From Azolla caroliniana (lineage: Eukaryota > Plantae > Polypodiophyta), in the NCBI GenBank assembly GCA_043228905.1, contig JBHGNT010000007.1, positions 15,562,001 through 15,626,000 on the forward strand: DNA of 64,000 bases, given 5' to 3'. The notes beneath the pieces are model-generated. The model searched no databases. It was given only the letters and a program-made list of their open reading frames with translations, and had not been told where the DNA came from. A program made the position numbers and the translations under genes. Positions 1 to 13,020 of the stretch are shown here, piece by piece (within the stretch, counting starts at the first letter, position 1; every line of letters starts with the position of its first letter).

Positions 1-1790
1 ACATGAAGCGAACTCGATGAAGAAGACCACCCCGAAATCAGGCGAAGTGTGATACGTTGACTCCGGAGTGTCACACCATAAAGAGTGGTTCTCATATCTA
101 GAGAAACCGGAACAACAGGGAGTAGTCACAACAGGAGACGACCCTCCACATCTGATCATACATGTCGGTTAAGTTCCCCTCAGCCATGTTGGGCAAAAAG
201 GGAAGCTAATGAACGTGTTACACGTCCCCACAATTACGATGATTTTGGTTTCGGTCGAACATATCGTCGACTAGGGGATGCAAGTCCGGTTCACGCATCT
301 CGGGTGCTTCATCGAGGAAGAAGGCCAAGTTATTGCGCAAGGGCGCAGAGATGGGAGGATGTTCATCCTCGACACCAATGACATAGACACCGCCATGTTT
401 GCGAAAGGGCAAAAAGTTGAGTCAAATATCGACTTGTGGCATAAGAGGATAGGCCACCTCAACTACGAAAGGCTTCTGGACTTGCAATCTGTTCGGATTG
501 CCGAAATTCAATGGTTGAAAGGCCCAAATTTGTGAAGCGAGCCAGCCAGGGAAGCAACACCGACTTCCTTTCCCCAATGAGCGTAATTGGAGCCGAAATA
601 AGCTCGACTTGATACATTCATATGTATGGGGACTGGCACAGAATGTGAGTCTTGGTGCAAGTCGATATTTCGTCTCCTTCATCGACGACTACACCTGACA
701 CACATGGATCTACCTCATCGAAAAGAAGAGTGAAGTCTTCGACTGTTTCTAGAACCTCAAAAATCTTGTCGAAAGGGAAATAGGGAGGAAGATCAAGTGC
801 CTGCGGTTGGATGGCGAAATAGAGTACTTTTCCGGCCAATTCAACAGTTATTTGCAACAAATGGGAATTCGGCACGAATTCAGTTGCGGGTATACGTTGG
901 AGGAAAACAGCGTAGCCGAAAGGAAGAATCGGTTGGTTGTGGAAGCGGTGCAGGCAATGCTGGAAGAAAGAGCATGCCCAAGTTCTATTGGGCCAAAGCG
1001 GTCCGAACCGCGGTCTACATCCAGAATCGGATCGGCGAAAAAGTGTCGGCACATGAGTTGTTTTTCGGAAGGAAGCCGAATCTACGACACTTGAGGGTTT
1101 TCAGTAGCATCGCATATGTGCATGTGCTGAAGGAGAAGCGGAGGAAGCTAGACGCGAAAGCCAAGAAGTGTATCTTGGTCGACTACTCGGATGAATAGAA
1201 GGGTTATAAGTGTTATAACCCCCGAACCAAACAAGCTCGCGTATGTCACGATGTTGTGTTCGATGAGTCCGCGTCTTGGTATTTGCCTCCGACTCTGGAC
1301 CCCAACTCCAATTCGAGTTCTGAAGCTGAGGTCAACGAGGCTGAGATGCCTCCTCATGAACGCGAAATCCAAACTCTTGAATAGAGTTCGATCTCATTTC
1401 TGCTAAGTGGACGAATGAGGGATTGAGTCAATTTGACCAGTCAGATGAAGTGTCAGCGAGTAGTGGAGACTCGGCCTTGCATTCCCCGCACAGGAAGCCG
1501 AAGAGATGGCTTACGCGCAAAGAAAAGGGAAAGAAGAAGATGTCGGAGTATGGCACGGATAGGGATGAGTCAGATCGATGCGAATCCGAATCCGAGAAGA
1601 GCGATGACGGACCTTCAACAACGAAGTCCGCGTTGGCCGGAATGGCCTCAACATTGGCTAATGCGCAATTACACTGATCTACCCGCCAAAAGAACCCTGT
1701 TGTGCAGTTCGGATACAACGAGTACATGGCACATCACTCTACGTACCTGACACGCGTAGCGGAAGTGCGTGAGCCGGAGAGGTACGGAAA
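1..1790 (+). mobile_element. Degenerate Ty1/copia pol fragment (protease end, GAG-pre-integrase, integrase, linker)
   Basis: YVDSG protease motif near 50-80. IDLWHKRIGHLN (ORF 278-535). LDLIHSYVWG, AERKNR, and LRHLRVFSSIAYVHV..KLDAKAKKCILVDY. Many stops and frameshifts. Confidence 0.9.
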
Positions 1791-2011
1791 CACAAAGTCA
1801 TGGAAAAGGGTATGTAATATTGTTTGTGATCTCTTCAAATGAAAAGAACCGTGGGATCTTTATCAATCATCATCTAAATCTTAGGAGAGCAAATAAAGTC
1901 ATTGTTGAGATGGTTTATAGATCATAAACATATTAGTTCAATGCATGGATGAGGGGTGTCGTTTATGAAAAATGATGAGGTTAATCCTATTATGAAAATT
2001 GTAAAAATAAG

Positions 2012-2185
2012 AGGTTAAGCATTTAACTCTTACATTATGCAATGCCATCTAACAATGTTTCAATGTTTGACACAAACGAGATGTTAAGCGTTTAACTCTA
2101 ACGTTCTGCAATACCATCTAACTATGTTTGGCAAAGACTAGAGAGCTTATGCATTTAACCCTTACATTCTATAATGCCATTAGCA
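2012..2185. repeat. Three degenerate ~60-70 bp direct repeats
   Basis: Core GCATTTAACTCTTACATTATGCAATGCCAT recurs with variants near 2018, 2088 and 2150. Confidence 0.55.
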
Positions 2186-3685
2186 AAATAATGGTGCATA
2201 TAGTGTTAGTAGAAACATGTACTTAAATTAATATGAATTTGGCATACCCCTAACAAAAAAGAACATGCGTACTTCGAATCTAAGGTAATGAAGATATACG
2301 GTATACCTAAGGGCATTCCATTCTCAAGGTCTCTAAATGTGTGTGAAAGAAGACAAATACATTTCCAAGCAATGTTTGATATAATGTCTAAAGACTATAA
2401 GGTAGAATGTCTAATGGCTGACACTAAGCATAAACTTATGTCTCTAACATATACCATTGCATTATGATGTCCCCTTAGTCTAGCTAAGCGACAGAAAATC
2501 CAAGGTATTGAAGCTTATGTCTTGTTATCTTTGTCCCTAGAAAATGCTTGAAACACCATGACATCTTATGTGAGAAATTCAATGTAAGGAATCCCTCCAA
2601 ATGTGTTGTACACATGAGCCATACAATTATGCTGCTTCTCAGCTATGTACATTATGTTATGGCCCAATACAGACTATGACGCATACATACCATTCGTGTA
2701 TTCGCATTCCCAAACATTTTTATCATTCAAGTATGAAAAACACCCTAGAAGTATGGTAAATACCATACTTTTGCACTCATTATTTATTATAAGGTAATTT
2801 TTTTAAGGTAAGAAAGTTAAGGTACAAAGTGTAAAAACAATGCAAGAATGTTTTAATAACATACACATTCATTTGCAAGCGTATGAAAATGAATGTTTGG
2901 GCTAACGAACACGAATATTACATACTATGGCCTAATATAAGGATCATCCCAATATAATGACACAAGCAAGGCGCTTACTCATACCTACCTAAACAGAGCA
3001 ATTACATGGGTTATTTCAGACATAAGTAATCACAAAACATGACCTAAACTTGAGCACTTGGGGCACCATAAACATTTGAGCTAAACATGGTGACCCGTGG
3101 GGTATAGTTCCTCTCCAAGTTAATGACAATCTTGGATCAGGTACAATACAAAGAACCCTCCTCAAAGTAGAGTACTAGAGGTAGGGCCTACACAAGGGAA
3201 CAATTTTGTCTTTCATTACTTGGCTAGAGAAACAATTTGAATTAGCCTCTAGTGTGCTAGGATCCTCTTAATTTCCCAAGAGAACGAATCTATGATTCGA
3301 GTTTCTTTATTTGAAATGCAGTTCAAGTCCAATAGTTTACATTTCTATAGAGATTGGACAATAGCCAACAACAAATGCATGGTTGATGACCAGAATTTCA
3401 TGAAATTGTTAATATTTTATTCAAATTTATTCTTCACTTTAAAGAACTATAAGATAGGGAAGGGGGGGCTTTGCCAGTAAAGTTCTTAAGATCAATTGTC
3501 TTACTGAAGAGCAATTTACCACAAAATGAATCACTCAACCACACAAAGGTGCCTTCATTAAACTCAAGGCACTATACATCATACATCTTAGAAACATTTG
3601 TAGCATGAGCCTATAATAAGTAAATCACTTCCATCAACAAATAAAAAACCAACTTTCCCCATAACTAGATTTTCTTTGCTCATTC

Positions 3686-3755
3686 CTATAGCTTGGCTGG
3701 TTTGGGAAAGATGTCAGGCGTGAGTTTCTGGCTTCCTTTGACCTTCATTTTGTCC
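3686..3755 (-). pseudogene. SCP2: Orphan terminal exon of sterol carrier protein 2 (SCP2), probably a pseudogene
   Basis: After a pyrimidine-rich TGTAG acceptor (3760-3756) the minus strand reads (R)DKMKVKGSQKLTPDIFPKPAKL-stop. This matches the plant SCP2 C-terminus recalled as RGAMKIKGSLSAAQKFTPDIFPKPSKL and keeps a PTS1 (AKL). Four residues are missing and there is a G-to-D change. Confidence 0.75.
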
Positions 3756-4204
3756 CTACAAGGCAAGCACAAGGCATGGTTACAAAACCCCAAAACAAAT
3801 AACAACAGTTTCATGTTATGCACTAGATTTTATAAACATTCCTCATCAAATTGGATCTCGGGCAATGTTAATATGGGGAAACTGGAACTAGAGAATTGAA
3901 TTTTTGTGTTACTAAACCTTAAGCTTCCAATCTGATTGGTGAGTTTCTTTCTTAATACTTTTCCATGACTCTGAAATGTGATAATACATACAACCATATT
4001 CATAGAGAAACTCACAAAGTATTCATGGGACACATACATTTTTGAGGGGGAGGAATGAGAAAGACGAGCGAAAATCCGCGTCGGAAACCGATTTCAATTT
4101 CGACCCGACTAAAGAAGTCGGAATACATGAGACAGTCGAGACACACACATCTTGGCTGTTTGTGTTTTGAAGAGAGGTGTGGATGAGGTGGGTGAAGATC
4201 ATAA

Positions 4205-7200
4205 CCAACACTTAAGAAGCTAAGCTATGAGCGACCGATCATAGTAACGGTTGATACAAGTCCAACCGGGATCGGATTGGTCATCAATCAAGCCGACTCG
4301 GATGGGTTGCGATATCTGATCTGATTTGGAGCAAAGGTTCTCAACAAAAGGCAACGCGGATATGCACAAGTCAAAAGAGAATTATGGAGAGTCGTGTCGG
4401 CAATCAAATCGGATCAAGATTATTTGATCGGAGCCGAAGTAGTAATCGAAATGGATTGTCTTCCGATACTCGGGATAATGCGGTATTGCACGATACCGGA
4501 TGTGGCTATGCTAAGATGGATTGCATATGTTAAGTCACTTAAACCAGACGTACGATAAATCTCTGGAAAAGACAACACGGTAGTGGATATGCTATCAAGG
4601 GCTCGGTTCGGAGACGACATAGCCGAATCCGATAATGAAGAAGTTTCTGAAGACTACTTTGCTTCGGAGCACAAATGCCGAGTAAACATAATCCGAGAAT
4701 TCCAAGAAGAAGAATACGAGGAAGAAAGCTTGATGATTGGGAAGGTGCTACAAGAGATTGAGGAATCATCGGACGATAAAGAGAAGAGAGCCGAGATCCG
4801 AAGGAAGAAGAGGCAAGTCCAAAAGTTCTTCTTGAAAAATGGATTAATATGGAGGGAGCCGAAAAGACCGGATGGCATACCACTTCGGGTAGTCGGGACG
4901 AAAGAGCAACGAAACCGGATAATATCCGAGTTTCACGAATCCGATTGGGCTAGACATCGAGGGACATGGGCAACTTTTATGAAAATCAAACAAAAATATT
5001 GGTGGAAGAATATGTACAAAGATATAGCGGAGTTCACGGGAAGTTGTGAGAAGTGTCAAATCTACTCCGGAGTTCGACACCGAGATGAGTTACATCCGAT
5101 ATTCTCACCAACAATCAACTTCAAATGGATGGTCGATATTGTAGCCATGCCAACCGGGATCGGACAAAAGAAGTACTTGGTGTTAGCTCGGGATGATCTC
5201 ACAAACCAAGTAGAAGGTCGGGCGCTACGAAGGAAAACGTGTTCTGCGGTATGCCAATTTCTTTTGGAGGAGGTGTTTTGCAGGTATGGGTGTGCAGGAC
5301 AAGTGATTCCGGATCGGGGGGAACTCGACTCTGATAAAGCTAGGGAATTCTTCACCAAACATGGAGTTTGGTTAACACTAACAATGGCATACAATCCGGA
5401 GGCCAACGGGAAAATCGAATGAGGACATAGTCCAATCGTCAAAGCACTTGCCAAAGCATGCGACGGAAGGGTGAAGGATTGACCGCAGATGCTCTCGTAT
5501 GCACTATGGGCGGATCAGACGATGCATAGCTCCGTAACTGGTTATATGCCGGTAGAACTTATGACCGGACAAGCACCGGTAATGCAGACGGAAACCGCGA
5601 TTACGACATGGACAATGCTACCGTGGAAGGAAGAGATGAGCCGGGAAGAATTACTAGCAGTCCGGATACGACAACTAGAGGGAAGACCGGAAGACATAGC
5701 TGAAGCAACACGCCGACAACAAGAAGCGCGATTCCGGAACAAAAGTCGGTTCGACACAAAGCACCGACTACGACCACGGAAGATTGAAGGAGATTGGGTG
5801 ATTGTCTATGACAGTAGTTTGGATCATCAACATAAAACGATATGGAAGTTCGCGAGAAGCTGGTTCGGGCCATACGAAGTTCGGAAAGTTTTCGACAACG
5901 GAACTTACCGACTATGCGAGTTGGATGGAACGATACTACGAGTGCCTATAGTGGGGAAACGGGTAAAGATCTTCAAGAAGCGGACTAACGACGAACCCTA
6001 TGTAACCCTAGACAAGACCGACAACGAGCAACCAGACAAAGAGCGCGGTGATGCAGAAAGCGAAGAAAGTGGACTCCAACTCGTAGTCGACATAAGGGGA
6101 GAATCGGAGAGTGTTACGGATGAAGACGAATAATGAGCATCGGAAACTTCGGCACATATCGGAGGATGTGCGGGTTTGGAGGGGGCGAGTGTCGTAGTGT
6201 AAATCGCACACTATGAGAAAATTGCATTTTTGGTCCCTCCGGATGGGACGAAGCAGACCCGGCAAGAGCCGGATGAAGAAGGCCGGTGAGAGTCGGTGAG
6301 AACAAACGAAGCGGATGGGTAAGGAGGACCCGGTAAGAACCGGCAAGAGCCGGATAAAGAAGGTCAGGGAGAGTCTCTCACCGGACGGAGAGATAAATTT
6401 GTAAATAAAAGAAAGGATCGTTACATGTAGAGGGCAGGATTCAAACCCTATACCTCCATGTAGACATGCATTCTAAATATAGATTTAATACGTATAAACC
6501 CCAACCTTACCATTGTACTATCTTATCCTAAGCATTCTAAATATAGATTTACTACGTATAAGACCTTTATTTACACCTAACTTTATTAAAAGGTAAGTCA
6601 TGCATTTTTAGAATGCGTGAATACTTTATTTATAAGAAAAATGTACACCAATAAAAAATTACTCGTGCACATCTAGCGAGCATGAGCACTATATTTAGGA
6701 AATAAAAGCATAGTGTAAAAAGGCAACTCATGCACATTTAGTGTGCATGAACACTTTAGAAAAAGCATGAAGCTATGCTTAGCCTCTTCCATCCTTATAT
6801 AAGGAGGAGAGAAAGATGTATGATGTTGATTATTTTACAAGGATTGATCAATCTAAAATATTCGTGGGATTCACGAGTTTATCATCAAAATTCTCTTTCT
6901 TACAATCTAAATATTGACTAAATACACTAAAAACGTGGGATTCATAAGTTTTATTTCTTACTTCTCTTTCTACCTATTCATAACTAGCCTTATATTGTAT
7001 TCTTCTTTCTCCTAGTTCAAAACCTCAGTGGTTCCCACCCGAGTCACGCAACGATCTGGAGCCGAAAGGCACAACACAATATAAGGAGGAGAGAAAGATG
7101 TATGATGTTGTTGATTATTTTACAAGGATTGATCAATCTAATATATTCGTGGGATTCATGAGTTTATCATCAAAATTCTCTTTCTTACAATCTAAATATT

Positions 7201-7361
7201 GACTAAATACACTAAAAACGTGGGATTCATAAGTTTTATTTCTTACTTCTCTTTCTACCTATTCATAACTAGCCTTATATTGTATTCTTCTTTCTCCTAG
7301 TTCAAAACCTTAGTGGTTCCCACCCGACTCACGCAACAATCCGGAGCTGAAAGGCACGACA
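4205..7361 (+). mobile_element. 3' part of a non-chromoviral Ty3/gypsy element (RNase H, integrase, PPT, 3' LTR)
   Basis: RNase H VTVDTSPTGIG..RFGAKVL..YAQVKRELW. Integrase HHCC (FHES..RHRG..SCEKCQ), WMVDIV, DRGEL, PEANGKIE and WFGPY. PPT GGAGGGGGCGAG directly before the LTR. Confidence 0.9.
6190..7361 (+). repeat. 3' LTR (TGTCGTAGTG...GGCACGACA) with a duplicated TATA-R-U5 segment
   Basis: Terminal inverted TGTCGT/ACGACA. Segment 6797-7076 is repeated at 7079-7361. Same family as the solo LTRs at 34101, 36549 and 38997. Confidence 0.85.
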
Positions 7362-7727
7362 ACGGGGAGCATATAACCTCATACGGATCCAACCAGGAGA
7401 TGAATGGAAGACCGCATTTTGCACAAGATATGGGCACTTCGAGTATATGGTCATGCCGTTCGACCTCACTTCGTGTCTTCCAGCACATGGCAAATGATAT
7501 AATCCGAGATCTCTTGGATGTTTGTTTGATCATCTATTTGGATGATCTACTAGTTTATTCGAAGACCCAAGAAGAGTATGATTCTCATGTATTGTTAGTA
7601 CTAAAACGACTTCAAGAACATGGTCTTTATGCAAAACTGGAAAAATGTAGTTTCGGGTGCAACTAGGTGGAGTTTCTGGGCTATGTCATCTCCTCGGAAA
7701 GCATCTCCATGGATCCAGCTAAGGTGT
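7362..7727 (+). mobile_element. Tcn1-like chromovirus RT fragment
   Basis: [42 protein letters not shown]. Closely similar to 55628-55998 of the intact element. Confidence 0.85.
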
Positions 7728-8930
7728 TCGACAATCTAGCCGACTGAGACCATGTTTTTCGTGATGGTGGGGACATGCAGTACATTCTTGAGGTAGGTTT
7801 GTTTTCTGTCGTTTCTGAATGGGACGTTCCAGATATGCTGTATTGGATGAGTCGTGTCATCTCCTGTTTCGACATATCCGGGACGTTCGAGCTTCCGTAG
7901 TTCCTGAAACCAATCTTCATGAGACGTCATGTGATTTGATGCTCATGAATTGACAAACCATACATTATTTGAGGTGGAGGCGCTAGTTGAAGCTTGTGTG
8001 GACATCAAGTGTGCTTCATGTTTCATTACGAACATTCCACCATCGTTGCCGTAGTCGGAATTCTAAGTGTAATTAGTAAGTTGTTGACTTTCCTCGTGTT
8101 TCTTCTTTCCGCACTCCTCTTCGTAATGACCGAGTTTTCCCCAGTACCCGTATTCGATTGGGTTTCTACGATTGCTTAGTCGGGGGTGATGACTCCCCCT
8201 TCCGCCGAACTCTCTAGGACTGGATCTGTCTGCTTGCCATTGGTGGGGGTTACGCTCATGGATCTGCTGACCATGATGTCCTTGTCCGAGCCGACCTCTA
8301 TTTCCACGGAGGAAATTTCTTCTGTCATCTGACTGGGAGTAGAGCATCTGACCCTTTGGTGCGTTGTTATTCTGTCAGGCGTGATTTTCCTCGACCAACA
8401 ATATTGACTGGAGGTCAAAAAAGGTGGGAGGATTCTCTCTTACAAAGACGAGGGATCTTATTGCGCTGAATCGAGGTGCAAAGCTTGCAAGGCATATCTG
8501 CACCATTTCTTCGTCGTCAATGCCAACATTGATCGACTCGAGGCCATCACACAACTCCTTGATCTTCAAGACGTAGCTGCCGATTGACATGTCCCTTTGT
8601 TGAATGCCATTCAACTCCTCACGAAACTTGAGCTTGCGGGCAACCATATTGGCCGCGAAGATCTTCTTGAGATTGCCCCATGCTTCTTTCGGTGTTTTTT
8701 TACTCTCGAATATAGCCAAATATGTGATCATGCACGCATGATGCAAGGCAATACAACACACGGCTTGCAGTCTGCTCCCATGCTGGGTAGTCGGCGTGTG
8801 TCAGGTTGGGTTGCGATTCCTGAGCTCCTTCAATATACTTTCAAGATAATTGAGTGAGTGAGTGAGTGTGTGTGTACAGGAAACAAAGAGGGAGGGAGGG
8901 AGAGAGAGACTTCTTAACAAGAAAACTATA
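7728..8930 (-). mobile_element. Ty1/copia gag-protease fragment with a probable 5' LTR remnant
   Basis: Copia gag (KTPKEAWGNLKKIF..MSIGSYVLKIKELCD), degenerate zinc knuckle (YGYWGKLGHYEEEC), ASNHMT protease motif, VLHVPTITKN. (GAGT)n/(GT)n/(GA)n at 8850-8910. Confidence 0.85.
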
Positions 8931-8934
8931 TATA

Positions 8935-11900
8935 TCTTCTAACAGTAACAAAGGAATGGTTCTCGTACTTGGAGAAACCGGAAAAACAAGGAGTGGTTGA
9001 AACTAGAGATGGCATTCCACATAACATCAAACATGTCGGTGAAGTTCCCCTTAGCCATGTCGAGCAGAAAGGGAAACTCATGAACATGCTACACGTCCCG
9101 ACAATAACGAAGAACTTGGTGTTGGTCGGACAGATCGTCGACCAAGGGATGCAAGTTCGATTCACGCATCTCGGTTGCTACATCGAAGAAGAGGGGAAAG
9201 TCATTGGGCAAGGGCACTGAGACGGGAGGATGTTAATCCTCAACACCAATGACGTCGAAACCGCATTGTTCGCAAAAGGACAGAAGGTCGAGTTGGACAT
9301 CGACCTATGGCACAAATGGTTCGGCCATGTTAACGTCCCGCAACTTCGTGAAATGCAGACGAAGAACATCATTTTCGGATTTTCGAAATTTAGTGTCCGG
9401 AACGGCCAAGTCTGCGAAGCCTACCAACTTGAGAAGCAGCACCAACGTCCATTTCCCAACGAGCGTAATCGGAGTCAAAATCCGCTCGATGTGATCCATT
9501 CGGATATATGGGAACGTGAGCATCGGAGGAAGCCATTACTTCGTAACCTTCATCGATGACTTCACTCGGCACACTTGGGCGTGCTTGATCATGAAAAAGA
9601 GCGAAGTCTTCGTGTGTTTCCTGAAGGTGAAGAACCTTGCGGAAAGGGAAACTGGGTCAAAGATCATGTGCCTAAGGTTTGATGGTAGGAAGGAGTACTT
9701 CTCCGACCAGTTCTCGAGTTTTCTACAGAAGGAGGGAATTCGACGCGAATTCTCATGTAGATACATGCCGTAGTAGAACGGCATGGCCGAGACGAAGAAT
9801 CAGACGATAGAAGACACGGCAAGGGCGATGCTTGAAGAGAAGCATCTATCGAAGTTCTATTGGGCCGAAGCGGTTAGAATAGCCGTCTACCTTCAGAATT
9901 GGGATCTGCCAATGGAGGAGTGTCGTCACATGAGTTAGACTTCAAGAAGAAGCCGAACTTGGCACACTTGAGGGTTTTCGGTAGCATCGCGTATGTGCAT
10001 GTGCCGAAGGAGAAACAGAGGAAGTTGGGCGCCAAAGCCGAGAAGTGTATTTTGGTTGGCTACTTGGACGAACAGAAGGGTTATAAGTGTTATAATCCCT
10101 GAACCAAACAATCTCGCATAAGTTGTGATGTTGTGTTCGACGAGTACGCGTCGTGGTACTTGCCCTCGCCTCCAACCCCTTATGAATCCATTCCGATCTC
10201 TGACGAAGAGGTCAACGAGGCTGAAATGCCTCGGGACAAAGAAGATATCGGAGCTCTTGAAGAGAGTCAGATCTCATTCAGGCTAAGTGGGCTGAATGCG
10301 CGATTGAGTCGGCATGACCAGTTAGACGCAGAGTCGGTGAGTAGTGGAAACTCGGTCGTGCATTCCCCGCGCAAGAAGTCGACGAGACGATTCACGCGCA
10401 AAGAGAAGGAAAAAAAGAAGTTGCCGTAGTATGGCACGATAAAGACGAGTTGGATCGAAGTGTATCCTACTCCGAATAGAACGAAGACTAACCTTCGGAA
10501 ACCCAGCTCGCAACATCATTCGACATGAAGGACCTAGGGGACCTTCATTTCTTCCTAGCGATTGAAGTGATCCGCACCCCCGAAGGCATACTAATCAGCC
10601 AACGACATTACGTGCTGAGTATGCTCTTTAAGTTCGGGATGGCATACTGTAAGTCCATCTCAACTCCTCTAGACAAAAACATAAAGCTTCACCGAGATTC
10701 GGGAAAGACGTGTGACCCGACACGGTTTTGACAGATTGTCGGAAGCCTAATTTATTTGACGATCACTCGGTCGGATCTCAGCTACCCGGTCGGCATGTTC
10801 AGTCAATTTATGTCACATCCCATGACTGAACACCTTCATTGCACGCAAAGGATATTGTGGTATGTCAATGACACTAAGGACATGGCGTTGCTATATCGGG
10901 TAGGAGTAGTCAAGCAGTTGGTTGGTTACACAGATGCCGATTGGGGGGGAAATGCCGAAGATCGCAGATCGACATCTGGATATGCATTTTCATTGGGAAG
11001 TGCGACGATCGCATGGAGCAGTAAAAAGTAGCCGGCAGTGGCACTGTTCAACACGGAGGCCAAGTATCGAGGAACGGTTGTCACTACATGCGAAGTCATT
11101 TGGCTCAAGAGGCTACTCAAGGATTTGCAGGTGGAGGTGTCCGCTCCGGCGATGATCTACTGTGTCAACCTCAACAGCATCCAACTTATGAAGAACCCCG
11201 TCTTCCAAGCCCAGACCAAGCACATTGAGGTGCACTACCATTTTGTCCGCGAGCGTGTCCTCTCCAGTGAAGTTGAACTAGCGTATGTTCCGACGGATCG
11301 GCAGACTGCCGACATCTTCACCAAGCCCCTTGGTCTCAACAAGTTGTAGCAATTCTCGGGTACGATTGGATTGCAGCACCTCGACATGCCGCACTTGAGG
11401 GTGAGGAAAGACAAGGAAAGGGAATAGGAAGGACAAGAATGGAGCGGTAGTCTCTGTGAAGCCGAGTCGGATGAAGAATTCGATTTCGGGTCGGTTGAAA
11501 AAGCCGAAGGCGGAAACTAGGGCAGCAATCGAAGGGAAGAGTCGGAGTCAACATAACAAGGGGGAGATGAAGCCAAGAAGGTGGAGAAGACCAAGACCAA
11601 TACATGGTCTGATGTGGTTAAGGGCCTGACGACAGAAGACGAATTGGAGATAGCCAATTCGGGCAAGTGCGGAAACAACCGATTCGGTTCAAATGTTCCA
11701 TTCGGAGATGCCGAATCAACTGAAGGCCAAATAGAGGAAAGCGCAGCCGAAGAGGCGCCAATAGCGCGACATCAAGGGAGCTGAGAAAGGCCGCACGAGT
11801 AGACAAGCTGACCGAAAGGGTCGAGGCATGCAGAATCGAATGGGTTGAGGAGCACGAGCGAGGCGTGAAGCCAGGAGAAGCCGAAACAAAGATCCGAAAG

Positions 11901-12232
11901 AGCAGGCGAAACCTCAAGTTAAGCTTGAGATGGAGTGTTGAGATACAAGCTCAACATTGGGTGCGTAAACAAGTGCGTAGACTGGGTGCGTAAACCGGGA
12001 GGCCGTTTGATAGATATTCTGCGGAGGAATATATTTTTGGGAGTTAGTGTACGGGATCATTGATGAGCATTGAAGTACGAGTCAGTACTTCTGTCAGTCC
12101 ATATGGACTTGTATAAAAGTTCTCTCTAAGCACATCATATGTACAAAGTTTTGAGTATTGTTTTGGAATAGAATTTTCTGTGTTCTGCTCTCTTTGTCTC
12201 TCCTGCGTACGTTGTGTTGATTAAGATTTCCA
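8935..12232 (+). mobile_element. Degenerate, internally deleted Ty1/copia (integrase, C-terminal RT, RNase H, 3' LTR)
   Basis: IDLWHKWFGH, YFVTFIDDFTR, MKDLGDLHFFL, VGYTDADWGG..RRSTSGY, TKHIEVHYHFVRE, ADIFTKPL. The N-terminal half of RT is deleted near 10507. Confidence 0.9.
11936..12232 (+). repeat. Copia 3' LTR (TGTTGAG...TTTCCA)
   Basis: Purine tract GAGATGGAG precedes TGTTGAGA. TATAAAA near 12112. Ends TTTCCA, like the copia LTR at 16858-17136. Confidence 0.75.
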
Positions 12233-12314
12233 TTAAACCTTCCTTATCTCTAGTCTTTTGTCTGTTGTTACCTGGTTCTGTCTTTTAAGCTTCCACACAT
12301 ATTCTTTTATAATA

Positions 12315-12500
12315 TTCGACCAAGCCCAATCCTTGCACGAATTTCTCTCGCAACCACAATGTGCACTCTCGATTGCAACATTCATTCTTGAACATCGAGA
12401 GTCGCTACTCACTTTCCCATGTATCACATGAAATGTAATATTTTTGGTCTCATAGGTCATATTTGACCTTCGAAGACAATAATAGAATCTCAATCTCAAT
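12315..12500 (+). mobile_element. 5'-truncated 3' end of an RTEX-like LINE
   Basis: Highly similar to 15777-15960. Ends in an (AATCTC)n tail. Confidence 0.85.
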
Positions 12501-12514
12501 CTTATCGTAATGAG

Positions 12515-13019
12515 CTTACCTTAATGGTAAGTCATTTACATTACTAGTACTACATCTTGGGTTCAAAACCCAATTTTCTCACCCCTCTCTATTACACCAT
12601 ATATATCTCTTAATTCACTTGATGCCAATGTGGAATGTAGGGGTTGAACCCATGACCACCTGGTCTCCATTGGGCAACCTTACCAACAAAGTTACATCTA
12701 TTGACTCTCTCTCCCTCTCTCTCTCGGGTTCGAAACCCAATTTTCTCACCTCTCTCTATTACACCATATATATCTCTTATTTCACTAGATGTCATTGTGG
12801 AATGTAGGGGTTGAACCCATGACCACCTGGTCTCCATTGGGCAATCTTACCAACAGAGCTCCATCCAAATTTCTCACCTCTCTCTATTACACCATATATA
12901 TATATATATCTTATTTCACTAGATGCCACTGTGGAATGTAGGGGTTGACCCATGACCACCTGGTCTCCATTGGGCAACCTTACCAACAAAGCTACATCCA
13001 TTGGCTCTCTCTCTCTCTC
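12515..13019. repeat. Three tandem ~135-167 bp units carrying tRNA-like Pol III A/B boxes (SINE-like)
   Basis: The minus strand of the units reads approximately TAGCTTTGTTGGTAAG...GGTCATGGGTTCAACCCC. A further plus-strand cassette TACCTTAATGG...GGTTCAAAACC lies at 12517-12570. Confidence 0.65.
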
Positions 13020-13020
13020 A

